From Rhodocyclaceae bacterium (GTDB taxonomy: Bacteria; Pseudomonadota; Gammaproteobacteria; Burkholderiales; Rhodocyclaceae), in the NCBI GenBank assembly GCA_020445945.1, contig JAGRFQ010000028.1, positions 28,680 to 92,679 on the forward strand: a stretch of 64,000 bases of DNA, given 5' to 3'. The notes under the pieces are model-generated. The model searched no databases, had not been told where the DNA came from, and saw only the letters and a list, made by a program, of their open reading frames with translations. The translations under genes and the position numbers were made by a program. Positions 21,815-31,020 of this stretch are shown piece after piece. The first letter of the stretch is position 1. The number at the start of each line of letters is the position of its first letter.

Positions 21815-22681
21815 TTACAGATCGGCGGCGTGGCGTGGCGAGGCGTGTGGCGCATAGACCCGGTCGCCCGGCGCGCGGGTTGCCGGGTCGATGTCGGGCG
21901 TGTCGGCAAGGCGCCGGTAGAGCGGCGCGAAGTCGTCGTGCATGACGGCGTACAGGTGCTCGAAGTCGGGGAGCACGAAATAGGTCTTCTGGAAGCTGTC
22001 GATCATGTAGTCGGTGCGCATCACGCGCGCCAGATCGAACCAGATGCGGTGGGGTTGCGGGCTGTCGAGCGAGTACAGCGTTTCTGCTTTCGAGGACAGC
22101 ATGCCGGCACCGTAGGCGCGCAGCCCGGCGGGGGTGTCGATCAGCCCGAACTCGACCATGTACCAGTACAGCCGCGCCAGCCGCGGCAGCGCGCCGAGCG
22201 CCTCGGCCTGCGCGCCCTTGGCGCCGTAGGCCGCGAGGTAGTCGGCGAATACCGGGTGGAGCAGCATCGGAACGTGGCCGAAAAAGTCGTGGAACAGGTC
22301 GGGCTCGACGAGGTAGTCGATCTCGTCGGGGCGGCGCACCCACACGCTCACCGGAAAACGTCGCGCTGCCAGATGGGCGAAGAAGACGGCGTCGGGGATG
22401 AAACCGGGGACCGCCACCAGCCGCCAGCCGGTGCGCGCGGCAATGAAGTCGCTCACCCGCGCGAGTTCCGGAATCTCCGGCGGCGCCTGCAGCAGATCGA
22501 TGCCGCGCACGAAGGCGTCGCACGCCGCGCCACGCACGATGGCGCACTGGCGGCGCATCAACTGGCGCCACACGCGGCGATCCGTGTCGGAATAGGCGGC
22601 CATGTCCTGATCGACCGTGTAGTCCGGGCGGGCGCGTGCATAATCGCCGCGCAAGGTGCTGTTCGAGTGGGCGCCGAGCAT
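21815..22681 (-). CDS. phhA: phenylalanine 4-hydroxylase
   Basis: EPDLFHDFFGHVPML (Fe-binding His pair), RLYWYMVEFGL, AYGAG.LSS, FQKTYFV. Confidence 0.93.
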   Translation of the reverse strand: MLGAHSNSTLRGDYARARPDYTVDQDMAAYSDTDRRVWRQLMRRQCAIVRGAACDAFVRGIDLLQAPPEIPELARVSDFIAARTGWRLVAVPGFIPDAVFFAHLAARRFPVSVWVRRPDEIDYLVEPDLFHDFFGHVPMLLHPVFADYLAAYGAKGAQAEALGALPRLARLYWYMVEFGLIDTPAGLRAYGAGMLSSKAETLYSLDSPQPHRIWFDLARVMRTDYMIDSFQKTYFVLPDFEHLYAVMHDDFAPLYRRLADTPDIDPATRAPGDRVYAPHASPRHAADL

Positions 22682-22829
22682 GAACCGACTCCTTCAATGG
22701 CGGTGCTGTCGACTAAGACCCGCGCGCGCAGCGGGTGTTCAGTGGCGCAAGTGTGACCTGCCCGTCGTGCGACGGCGCCGGGTTTGGTCTATGGTGACGG
22801 TATTGCCGAGGGGAGGGAGGCCCTGCTGC

Positions 22830-23312
22830 ATGCATATTGTGAAACCCAAGCGGGTGTGCCGGGAATACACCCAGCACTTGGTCGCGCCGGTGGCGGCGGT
22901 GTTTCCGCTACTTTGCCCGGTGCGCGAGGCGGAGTGGATCGAGGGCTGGGATCCGCGGCTGGTGCTGAGCCACTCCGGTGTCGCCGAGCCTGACTGTGTG
23001 TTCGTTACCGAGGCCGGGCCGTGCGACGGCATCTGGTACATCACGCGTCACGATGCGGATGCCGGCGTGGTGGAGATGATCAAGATCACGCCGGGGGTGA
23101 CGGCCTGCCGGCTCAATATCGCGGTCGAGGCGGTCGAGGGCGGCTCGGCGGCCACGATCCGCTACATGTACACCAGCCTCAGCGCGGAGGGCGACAAGTT
23201 CGTCGAGGCGTTTACCGAAACCTACTTCACCCGTTTCATGCAGGACTGGGAGGCGCGCATCAACTACTACCTCGTCCATGGCATCGCGCTGGGCGAGGTG
23301 CGCTGCGCCTGA
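22830..23312 (+). CDS. hypothetical SRPBCC/START-like protein
   Basis: GGAGG RBS; 'VFPLLCPVRE.EWI.GW' and C-terminal helix 'M.DWE.RINYYL'. Confidence 0.7.
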   Translation: MHIVKPKRVCREYTQHLVAPVAAVFPLLCPVREAEWIEGWDPRLVLSHSGVAEPDCVFVTEAGPCDGIWYITRHDADAGVVEMIKITPGVTACRLNIAVEAVEGGSAATIRYMYTSLSAEGDKFVEAFTETYFTRFMQDWEARINYYLVHGIALGEVRCA

Positions 23313-23317
23313 GCGGG

Positions 23318-24283
23318 TCAACCGCAGGCGTCGTCCAGCCCGCGCCGCACGGTGGCGATCACGCGCGTGGCGAGCCCGGGCTGCAGGCAGTCGAGCGGCG
23401 TGAGCGCATCCCACTGCGCCTCAAACTTGCGCTGCCAGGTGAGCTGGCGCTTGGCCAGCTGGCGCGTGGCGGCAATCGACTGGTCGCGGAAGGTGGCTGC
23501 ATCGGTGGCGCCGTCGAGATAGTCCCACGCCTGGCGATAGCCGACGCAGCGCATGCTTGGCAGCTCGAGGCTCAAATCATAGTGCCGCCGCAGCCGCGCC
23601 ACTTCGTCCACGAATCCGGCGGCCAGCATGGCGTCGAAACGCTGCGCAATGCGTGCGTGCAGCGCCGCGCGATCGGTCAGTGTCAGCGCCACGCTGATGA
23701 AGCGGTAGGGCGGCGAGTGCATCTCGCGGCGGGCATAGCTCTCGGCCAGCGGCCGCCCGGTCAGGCGCACGATCTCCAGCGCGCGCTGGATGCGCTGCGC
23801 GTCGTTGGGCTTGAGCGCTGCCGCGGCCGCCGGGTCGCGCCGCGCCAGCTCGGCGTGCAGCGCCGGCCAGCCGTGGGCGCGCGCGGCGGCGTCGATTTCG
23901 GCGCGCAGCGCAGCGTCGGCCGGCGGCAGATCGGACAGCCCCTCGCGCAGCGCCTTGAAGTACAGCATCGTCCCGCCGGCGAGCACCGGAATGCGGCCGC
24001 GCGCAGTGATGCCGGCCATCGCCTGCAGCGCGTCGTCGCGAAAGCGCGCGGCCGAGTAGGCTTCCTCCGGCGTGCAGATGTCGATCAGGTGATGCGGGCA
24101 CCGCGCCTGCTCGGCCGCGTCGGGTTTGGCGGTGCCGATGTCCATGTCGCGAAACACCTGCGCTGAGTCAACGCTGACGATCTCGACCGGCAGCGCGGCG
24201 GCCAGCGCCAGCGCGCTGGCCGTCTTGCCGCTGGCGGTCGGGCCGAGCAGCAGGATGGCGGGGGGAAGGGGTGCGGCGGACAT
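23318..24283 (-). CDS. miaA: tRNA dimethylallyltransferase
   Basis: [49 protein letters not shown]. Confidence 0.96.
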   Translation of the reverse strand: MSAAPLPPAILLLGPTASGKTASALALAAALPVEIVSVDSAQVFRDMDIGTAKPDAAEQARCPHHLIDICTPEEAYSAARFRDDALQAMAGITARGRIPVLAGGTMLYFKALREGLSDLPPADAALRAEIDAAARAHGWPALHAELARRDPAAAAALKPNDAQRIQRALEIVRLTGRPLAESYARREMHSPPYRFISVALTLTDRAALHARIAQRFDAMLAAGFVDEVARLRRHYDLSLELPSMRCVGYRQAWDYLDGATDAATFRDQSIAATRQLAKRQLTWQRKFEAQWDALTPLDCLQPGLATRVIATVRRGLDDACG

Positions 24284-24437
24284 GGGCGCATTCTAGCCTG
24301 CGCACGGAGCGTGACCTACGTCATGGCGACGATGCGAATGTGTGAAAGCTTGCGTCGGGTTTGCGATAAGGCAAAGCGCGGCCGGCGCTTTGGTGCGATC
24401 AATGATCCATCGTTATCGTGGCCACGGAGGGCGCGCA

Positions 24438-25355
24438 ATGAACCGATGGATTGGCCGCATGGCGCGCGGCGCGCTTGTCGCGCTGGTGGGCGCGGGCCTC
24501 CCGGCCTGGGCCGACCCCGCGCTGTGGGAAGTGGCCGACGCGCGCGGTCAGGTCCGGGCCCACGTGTTCGGCACGGTGCACCTGTGCAACGCGACATGCT
24601 TTCCCTTGCCGGCGCCCGTGCGCGCAGCCTTCGAGCGCGCCGACACGCTGGCGGTCGAACTCGACATGCGCGACCCGGCGGTCGCCGCCACGCTCCTCCG
24701 CGCGGGCAGCTTGCCGGCGGGCGAGACGCTGGAGACCCGTCTGCCCGCCGATCTCTACGCCGACCTGAGCGCCGCGGCGGCGCGTGTCGGCGTGCCGGTG
24801 CAGCACGTGCGCGTCTTGCAGCCGTGGTTCGCGTCGTCCTTTCTCGTGGCGATGGCGGCGATCCAGGCGGGCTATTCGACCGACGCCGGGGTCGACAGCG
24901 TGCTGCAGGCGCGTGCCGGGCGCAGCGGCAAGGCGCTGGTTGCGCTGGAGAGTGCGCAGCGGCAGGTTGCCGCGCTGGCCGGTGGTGGCGACGGGGCGCA
25001 ACATGCGGCGATGCGTCAGACCCTCGACATGATCAATCAGAATCAGCTGCCGGACTATCTCGGGCGGGTGCTTGCGGCGTGGAAGAGCGGCGATGCGGCG
25101 CAGCTTGCGGCGCTGATGTTCGAAGGCGTCGACGAAAATGCGGTGGCGCCCCTGTTTGCCGAGCTGATCGATCGGCGCAATGCCGAGATGAGCGCGCGCA
25201 TCGACGCCCTGCTGGTGCATCCGGGCGTGCTATTCGTTGCCGTGGGCGGCGGGCATTTGGTCGGCGAGGGCGGCATTCCGGCCCGCCTCGCCGCGCGCGG
25301 CTGGCAGGTGCGCCAGGTATCCCCGGTCACCCGGCAGGCGCGCGGAAGCTACTGA
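24438..25355 (+). CDS. TraB/GumN-family periplasmic protein
   Basis: Signal peptide, LW.V, FGTVH, GVD, LE...Q, RRNAEM, VAVGGGHLVG..G. Confidence 0.88.
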   Translation: MNRWIGRMARGALVALVGAGLPAWADPALWEVADARGQVRAHVFGTVHLCNATCFPLPAPVRAAFERADTLAVELDMRDPAVAATLLRAGSLPAGETLETRLPADLYADLSAAAARVGVPVQHVRVLQPWFASSFLVAMAAIQAGYSTDAGVDSVLQARAGRSGKALVALESAQRQVAALAGGGDGAQHAAMRQTLDMINQNQLPDYLGRVLAAWKSGDAAQLAALMFEGVDENAVAPLFAELIDRRNAEMSARIDALLVHPGVLFVAVGGGHLVGEGGIPARLAARGWQVRQVSPVTRQARGSY

Positions 25356-27118
25356 CCGCGCAGAAAGAAGCGGTCGAGTTCGGCCAGCGAGAACTGGGTC
25401 CACGTCGGCCGGCCGTGGTTGCACTGGTCGGCGCGCTCGGTGGCTTCCATCTGGCGCAGCAGGGCGTTCATTTCCGGCACGGTGAGCGTGCGGTTGGCGC
25501 GCACCGCGCCGTGGCAGGCCATGGTGGCGAGCAGTGCGTTGCGCCGCGCGGTGACCACCTGCGAGGCCGGCATGTCTTCGAGCTCCGCCAGCACGGCGCG
25601 CACCAGCTCGCTCACATTGGCCGCCGCGAGCAGCGCCGGCACGGTACGCACCGACAGCGCCTGCGGGCCGGCGGCGCTGACTTCGAAACCCATCCCGGCA
25701 AGCACCTCGGTGCAGGTTTCGGCGGTGGCCATCTCGCGCGGCGAGAGCTGGAGCACCGCCGGTATCAGCAGGCGCTGCAGCGACGGCGCGCCGTCGAGCA
25801 CGGTCTTGAGGCGCTCGTACAGAATCCGCTCGTGTGCCGCGTGCATGTCGACCAGCACCAGCCCGTGGGCATTCTGGGCGAGGATGAAAATGCCGTGCAG
25901 CTGCGCCAGTGCAAAGCCCAGCGGCGGCGCCTCACCGGCCTGCTGGGCCGGCATCACGGGCGCCGCCGGCGGCGACGCGGCGGTGCCGACGCTGGGGCGT
26001 GCGGTGGCGGCGAAGTCGTAGTAAGTGTTTGCCGCCGACTCCATCGCCAGTGGCGACTGCTGCGCCGGGCGGGCGAAGCCGGCCGCCGGTGTGCCGGCCG
26101 GCGGGGAGGGCGTGTGGACCGGCGCGCCGCTGTCGGCCGTGCCGGCCTGACCCAGCGTGCGCTCCAGCGCGTGATAGACGAACTGGTGCACCGCGCGCGA
26201 TTCGCGAAAGCGCACTTCGATCTTGGCCGGATGCACGTTGACATCGACCGTGCGCGGGTCGATGTCGAGAAACAGCACGTAGGCCGGATGGCGGCTGCCG
26301 TGGAGGATGTCGCGGTAGGCCTCGCGGATCGCGTGGGTGACCAGCTTGTCGCGCACGAAACGGCCATTGACGAAGAAATACTGCGCGTCGCGGCTGGCGC
26401 GCGAGTAGGCCGGCAGCGAGGCAAAGCCGGTCAGCCGCGTCGCGCCCGCGTCGGCATCGACCGCCCGCGCATGGGCCAGAAAATCGTCGCCCATGATCTG
26501 CCCCACGCGGCGCGTCATGTCGCCGGCGGGCAGGCGGTGGCTGACCCGACCATTGTGGCTCAACTGCATCGCCACGTCGGGCCGCGCCAGCGCGACGCGG
26601 CGGAAGGCGTCGTCGCAGTGGGCGAACTCGGTGCCTTCGGTCTTGAGGAATTTTCGCCGCACCGGGGTGTTGTAGTAGAGCTCCTGCACGTCGACCACGG
26701 TGCCGTGATTCAGCGCGGCCGGCACCGGCGCCTTGCCCGGCCCGTCCACCCGCCAGGCGTGGCCGGCGCCATGCGCGCGGCTGGTGAGGGTGGTGCGCGC
26801 CACCGAGGCGATGGCGGCCAGTGCCTCGCCGCGAAAGCCCATCGTGGCGACGCCTTCAAGATCGTCGAGCGAACTGATCTTGCTGGTGGCGTGGCGTTCC
26901 AGCGCGAGGGCAAGGTCGTCCTTGTCGATGCCGCAGCCGTCGTCGCTGACCCGGATGCGCCGCGCGCCGCCACCGTCGAGGCTCACTTCAATTGCCTGCG
27001 CGCCCGCGTCGACCGCGTTCTCCAGCACTTCCTTGAGTACCGAGGCCGGGCGCTCGACGACCTCGCCGGCAGCGATCTGGTTGATGAGCGGGTCGGACAG
27101 GCGGTGGATGGCAGGCAT
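25349..27118 (-). CDS. mutL: DNA mismatch repair protein MutL
   Basis: NQIAAGEVVERPASVLKE, GFRGEAL, DVNVHPAK, endonuclease motif DMHAAHERILYE, ACH, CNHGRP; TATAAT at 27149-27144. Confidence 0.96.
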   Translation of the reverse strand: MPAIHRLSDPLINQIAAGEVVERPASVLKEVLENAVDAGAQAIEVSLDGGGARRIRVSDDGCGIDKDDLALALERHATSKISSLDDLEGVATMGFRGEALAAIASVARTTLTSRAHGAGHAWRVDGPGKAPVPAALNHGTVVDVQELYYNTPVRRKFLKTEGTEFAHCDDAFRRVALARPDVAMQLSHNGRVSHRLPAGDMTRRVGQIMGDDFLAHARAVDADAGATRLTGFASLPAYSRASRDAQYFFVNGRFVRDKLVTHAIREAYRDILHGSRHPAYVLFLDIDPRTVDVNVHPAKIEVRFRESRAVHQFVYHALERTLGQAGTADSGAPVHTPSPPAGTPAAGFARPAQQSPLAMESAANTYYDFAATARPSVGTAASPPAAPVMPAQQAGEAPPLGFALAQLHGIFILAQNAHGLVLVDMHAAHERILYERLKTVLDGAPSLQRLLIPAVLQLSPREMATAETCTEVLAGMGFEVSAAGPQALSVRTVPALLAAANVSELVRAVLAELEDMPASQVVTARRNALLATMACHGAVRANRTLTVPEMNALLRQMEATERADQCNHGRPTWTQFSLAELDRFFLRGQ

Positions 27119-27275
27119 GACGGCGTCGGCGGCGAAAACGCCGATTATACGGAGCCCGGCGCGTGTCGCCTGCTCGCGCTTGCGCTCAAAGGGTGACACT
27201 GTGTGACGGCATTGTTTGGTGCACCGCATTTGGCGCAAAATATGACAAAACACATAAATCAGGTCAGACATTGTC

Positions 27276-27911
27276 ATGGTGCTCAATCCCGAGTTCCGGT
27301 CGATTCGGCGGGTCAAGCACTATCCGTGGCGGGTGGTGCTGGTCGGCGCGTTTGCGCTGCTCGGCCTGATCGCGCTCAGCGGCTGGCTGGTGCAGGCCTT
27401 CGTTGCGCCGGGGCGCTCGGCGTCGGTGGCTGCCGACGTGGTGCGCTCTCCCGCGCCTCCCGACCGTCCGGCACCGCGCGTCGCGGCACAGCATTTGACC
27501 AGCGCGGACGCTGCGGATGTGTCCGCGACCGATATCCCGCTCGATCAGTTTCAAGCCCGCGTCGATGCCGCGCTGGCCGTGCAACCGCTGCTCTTCGACA
27601 GCCGCGGGGCGACGCTGAGCGTGGCGCAGCAGGCGTGGGTGGCGCAGCTTGCGGACGGCTTGCGTGACGGGCGCTTTCTGATCCGGGTGCGCGGCCACGC
27701 CGACAGCGCAGGCGGGCCGGAGCGCCGCTTGCTGATCAGCCGACAGCGCGCCGAGGCGGTGCGTGCGGCCTTCATCGGCGCCGGCATCGCGGCCGACCGG
27801 CTGCTGGTCGAGGGGTGGGGGGCGCGTTTGCCGGTCGCCTCGAACATGTCCGAGGACGGGCGCGCGCGCAATCGCCGCGTCGACCTGGTGTTGCGGGAGG
27901 GGCGCAGATGA
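27276..27911 (+). CDS. OmpA-family peptidoglycan-binding membrane protein
   Basis: N-terminal TM; GHADS.G, ISRQRAEAV, GWG...P, GRARNRRVD. Confidence 0.85.
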   Translation: MVLNPEFRSIRRVKHYPWRVVLVGAFALLGLIALSGWLVQAFVAPGRSASVAADVVRSPAPPDRPAPRVAAQHLTSADAADVSATDIPLDQFQARVDAALAVQPLLFDSRGATLSVAQQAWVAQLADGLRDGRFLIRVRGHADSAGGPERRLLISRQRAEAVRAAFIGAGIAADRLLVEGWGARLPVASNMSEDGRARNRRVDLVLREGRR

Positions 27912-28150
27912 CCGGACTGTGGATTGTGCTGTCGCTGGCGCTGCTGGCGGCGGCAGGCATCGGCTTCTGGGTTGGCTGGCGGTTGCGTTCGGCCGACTAC
28001 CTGCGCGTGCGCGGCGAACTAGACCGGCTCACGGCCCTGTGGGCGCGGATGGCGGCGTTTGAGGCGCGCACAGCGCATTCCCCCGACGTGGTCTCGATGC
28101 CGCCGGCGGGCGAGGCGACCGCGCCGAAGCGCTGCGCGGGCCAGCGCTGA
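27908..28150 (+). CDS. small single-pass membrane protein coupled to the OmpA-like gene
   Basis: ATGA overlap with upstream stop; MTGLWIVLSLALLAAAGIGFWVGWRLR TM followed by amphipathic helix. Confidence 0.6.
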   Translation: MTGLWIVLSLALLAAAGIGFWVGWRLRSADYLRVRGELDRLTALWARMAAFEARTAHSPDVVSMPPAGEATAPKRCAGQR

Positions 28151-28231
28151 GCGCGCGCCGCGACATGCTGCGCAGGCAGGCATGCGCCGAGTTGGGTATC
28201 ATGCCTGCTCCCGTGTTTTTTGCGCTGCGCC

Positions 28232-28876
28232 ATGGAACTGATTGCCACGTTCATCGACATCATCCTGCACCTCGACACGCACCTGGCTGCGTTGCTGGCA
28301 GAGTACGGCACCTGGATTTACGCGATCCTGTTCCTGATCATTTTCTGCGAAACCGGGCTGGTGGTGACGCCCTTCCTGCCGGGCGACTCGCTGCTCTTCG
28401 TGGCCGGTGCGCTGGCGGCGACGGGCGGCATGGACATCCAGATTCTGTGCGCCACGCTACTTGTCGCGGCGGTGCTCGGTGACAACCTGAACTACTGGAT
28501 CGGGCGCAGCATCGGGCCGCGCGTGTTTCGCTGGGAGCAGTCGCGGCTGTTCAACCGCGCAGCCTTCGACAAGACCCACGCCTACTTCGAAAAACATGGC
28601 GGCAAGACCATCATCATCGCCCGCTTCCTGCCCATCGTGCGCACCTTTGCGCCCTTCGTGGCGGGGGTGGCGAAGATGACCTACAGCCGGTATCTGCCGC
28701 TGGACTTCCTTGGCGGTTGCATCTGGATTTTCTCGCTCACCCTGGGCGGCTACCTGTTCGGCAACATCCCGTTCATCAAGAACAACCTGAGCCTGGTGAT
28801 TCTGGCGATCATCGCGCTGTCGCTGCTGCCCCTGTTCATCGGCTGGCTGCGCCATCGCCGCGAAGCGGTGGCCTGA
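28232..28876 (+). CDS. dedA: DedA-family membrane protein
   Basis: FCETGLVVTPFLPGDSLLF, GDNLNYWIG, ARFLPIVRTFAPFVAG. Confidence 0.93.
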   Translation: MELIATFIDIILHLDTHLAALLAEYGTWIYAILFLIIFCETGLVVTPFLPGDSLLFVAGALAATGGMDIQILCATLLVAAVLGDNLNYWIGRSIGPRVFRWEQSRLFNRAAFDKTHAYFEKHGGKTIIIARFLPIVRTFAPFVAGVAKMTYSRYLPLDFLGGCIWIFSLTLGGYLFGNIPFIKNNLSLVILAIIALSLLPLFIGWLRHRREAVA

Positions 28877-28894
28877 ACCGGGGTGGGACGGCAC

Positions 28895-29596
28895 ATGCGC
28901 GCCGGACTGCTGCTTGTCGCGTCTGTGAGTCTCATCGCCGGTTGTGCAATGCATGGTTCGGGCCCCGCGGCGTCGCGCGACAGCGGCTTTGCGGTCAGTG
29001 ACCTGGCCAAGTCCGACATCGACAAGGTCACCGAGGTGCACCACCGCCTGATCTTTGCCTCGCTGCGTCGATTGGCGCTCAAGCTTTACCGGCGCAACCC
29101 CGCCGAATGGCGCAGGCAGGGGCACGCCAGCGCAGCGGCGGCGGTGGCCGGGCTGTTTGGCCGCGACCACCGCTGGCGGCTGGAGGCGCTCAACTACCGG
29201 CGCGGCGCCGAGGCGGTGCAGATCGGGCTCAACCCCGACTATCCCGGCGATCGCGTGCAGGCCTTCATGGTCGGGCTGGCGGGCATGGTGCAGATCGCGC
29301 TGGGCGACCGCGCGGCCTTCTTCCTGCTCGATGATGTGGACCCGCAACGCCTGTACAATGCGGCCCGTAACTTCGAGATCGCGGCCTGGAAGCTGGCTCA
29401 CGCGCGCGACGCCGATGGCCGCTTGCTGCTGCTCTCCAACGCGGTCGAGCCGGTGCCCAATCTGAGCTTCGAACGCGAGTTCGGGCGCCTCATCGGTTCG
29501 CTTGACGCCCTCGCCGAAATCATGGCCGAGCGCGAGGGGCGCACCATCAGCCGTGTCATCCAGAATGCCGCCACCGCCGTTTTCCTCCCTTTGTAG
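28895..29596 (+). CDS. conserved hypothetical lipoprotein
   Basis: Lipobox LIAGC; 'KLYRRNP.EW', 'LYNAARN.EIA.WKL', 'NLSFEREFG'. Confidence 0.8.
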   Translation: MRAGLLLVASVSLIAGCAMHGSGPAASRDSGFAVSDLAKSDIDKVTEVHHRLIFASLRRLALKLYRRNPAEWRRQGHASAAAAVAGLFGRDHRWRLEALNYRRGAEAVQIGLNPDYPGDRVQAFMVGLAGMVQIALGDRAAFFLLDDVDPQRLYNAARNFEIAAWKLAHARDADGRLLLLSNAVEPVPNLSFEREFGRLIGSLDALAEIMAEREGRTISRVIQNAATAVFLPL

Positions 29597-29611
29597 ACAG
29601 GCCCCCGCTCC

Positions 29612-30253
29612 ATGAAGTCCATCGTCATCCTGATCTCCGGTCGTGGCAGCAACATGGAAGCCATCGTCCGCGCCGCAATCCCCGGCGCCCGCGTCGCCGC
29701 GGTGATCAGCAATCGCCCGCAGGCCGTGGGTCTGCGCTTCGCAGCGGACAACGGGATCGCGACCGCGGTGGTCGACCACACCGGCTTCGCCGATCGTGCC
29801 AGCTTCGACGCGGCGCTGGGCGAGACGATTGACCGTTATGCGCCGGATCTGGTGGTGCTGGCCGGCTTCATGCGGGTGCTGACGGCCGATCTGGTGCGTC
29901 GTTACGAGGGACGGATGATCAATATCCACCCCTCGCTGCTGCCCGCATTTACCGGGCTGCACACCCACCAGCGGGCGATCGACGCCGGGGCGCGGGTGGC
30001 CGGCACCACGGTGCATTTCGTGACCGCCGAGCTCGATTGCGGCCCGATCATTGTCCAGGCCTGCGTGCCCGTGCTGCCCGACGACGATGCCGACGCGCTG
30101 GCCGCACGGGTGCTGGTGCACGAGCACCGCATCTTTCCCCAAGCGGTGCGCTGGATCGTCGAGGACCGGGTGCGGATCGAGGACGGGCGCGCAACCGTCT
30201 GCGCTGCGCCGGCCACGGCCACACTCATCAACCCCGCGCTGGACGTGGCCTGA
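29612..30253 (+). CDS. purN: phosphoribosylglycinamide formyltransferase
   Basis: ILISGRGSNM, LAGFMRVL, NIHPSLLP, GTTVHFV..ELD.GPII. Confidence 0.97.
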   Translation: MKSIVILISGRGSNMEAIVRAAIPGARVAAVISNRPQAVGLRFAADNGIATAVVDHTGFADRASFDAALGETIDRYAPDLVVLAGFMRVLTADLVRRYEGRMINIHPSLLPAFTGLHTHQRAIDAGARVAGTTVHFVTAELDCGPIIVQACVPVLPDDDADALAARVLVHEHRIFPQAVRWIVEDRVRIEDGRATVCAAPATATLINPALDVA

Positions 30254-31020
30254 TGGGTACCGCCGTCGCGCGTGTCGCTGCGCTGTGCGTGCTGCTGGCG
30301 CTGCCGTTTCATGCGTTCGCCGACGGGGCCGTCGCCGCCGTGGCCGCGTCGCGTGCGGTCATGAACTGGCCGAGCAGCGGGCGCATCGTGTTTCGCGTGT
30401 TTCACGGCGACACCGGTTTGCAACTCGGGCGCACGACCCATACCTGGCAGCACGACGCCCGCCGCTACGAGATGGAGTCGCTGGTCGAAACCACCGGATT
30501 GGCCGCGCTGTTCAAAAACTTCCGCTACGTTCAGCGCAGCGAGGGTGAGCTCACCGCCGCGGGCTTGCGCCCGGCGCGCTTCAGCGTCGATCAGAAGGGC
30601 AAGCCGCCGCAGCATGCGCGCTTCGACTGGGCGCAGGGGCAGGTTTTCATCGACCGCGGCGACAGCCACCGCGAGGCTGCGCTGGCCGCTGGCGATCAGG
30701 ACGTGCTCAGCCTGTGGCATCAGCTCGCGCGCACGGCGCACGTCACGCTGCCGCTCACGCTGACCGTGGTGAGCAACAAGTCGGCAGCCTTGTCTGTGGT
30801 GCGCGACCTCGGACGCGAGACCGTCAAACTGCCGCTGGGCGACGTGCCGGCGCGCCACCTGAGCGTCAAGTCCGACGACGGCAACGTCAAGCTCGAGCTG
30901 TGGCTGGCCGAGGGGCAGCATCTGCTGCCCGTGCGCATCCGCATCGAGGATCGCCAGGGCGAGGTGCTCGACCAGCAGGCCGAGCGCATCGAGCTCGGCG
31001 CACCCAAGGCCGGCTCGTGA
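30253..31020 (+). CDS. DUF3108-like exported protein
   Basis: Signal peptide; beta-rich; 'GDQDVLS', 'LWLA....LLPVRIR'; between purN and rsmB-like gene. Confidence 0.78.
   Translation: MGTAVARVAALCVLLALPFHAFADGAVAAVAASRAVMNWPSSGRIVFRVFHGDTGLQLGRTTHTWQHDARRYEMESLVETTGLAALFKNFRYVQRSEGELTAAGLRPARFSVDQKGKPPQHARFDWAQGQVFIDRGDSHREAALAAGDQDVLSLWHQLARTAHVTLPLTLTVVSNKSAALSVVRDLGRETVKLPLGDVPARHLSVKSDDGNVKLELWLAEGQHLLPVRIRIEDRQGEVLDQQAERIELGAPKAGS

Noticed and set aside
24311-27196. 961-aa plus-strand ORF across TraB/GumN and mutL
   Set aside because: Arg/Gly/Ala-rich frame-shifted and antisense shadow with no domain signal.
27231-27246. sigma54-like TGGCGCAAAATATGAC before the OmpA-like gene
   Set aside because: The -12 dinucleotide is GA instead of GC.
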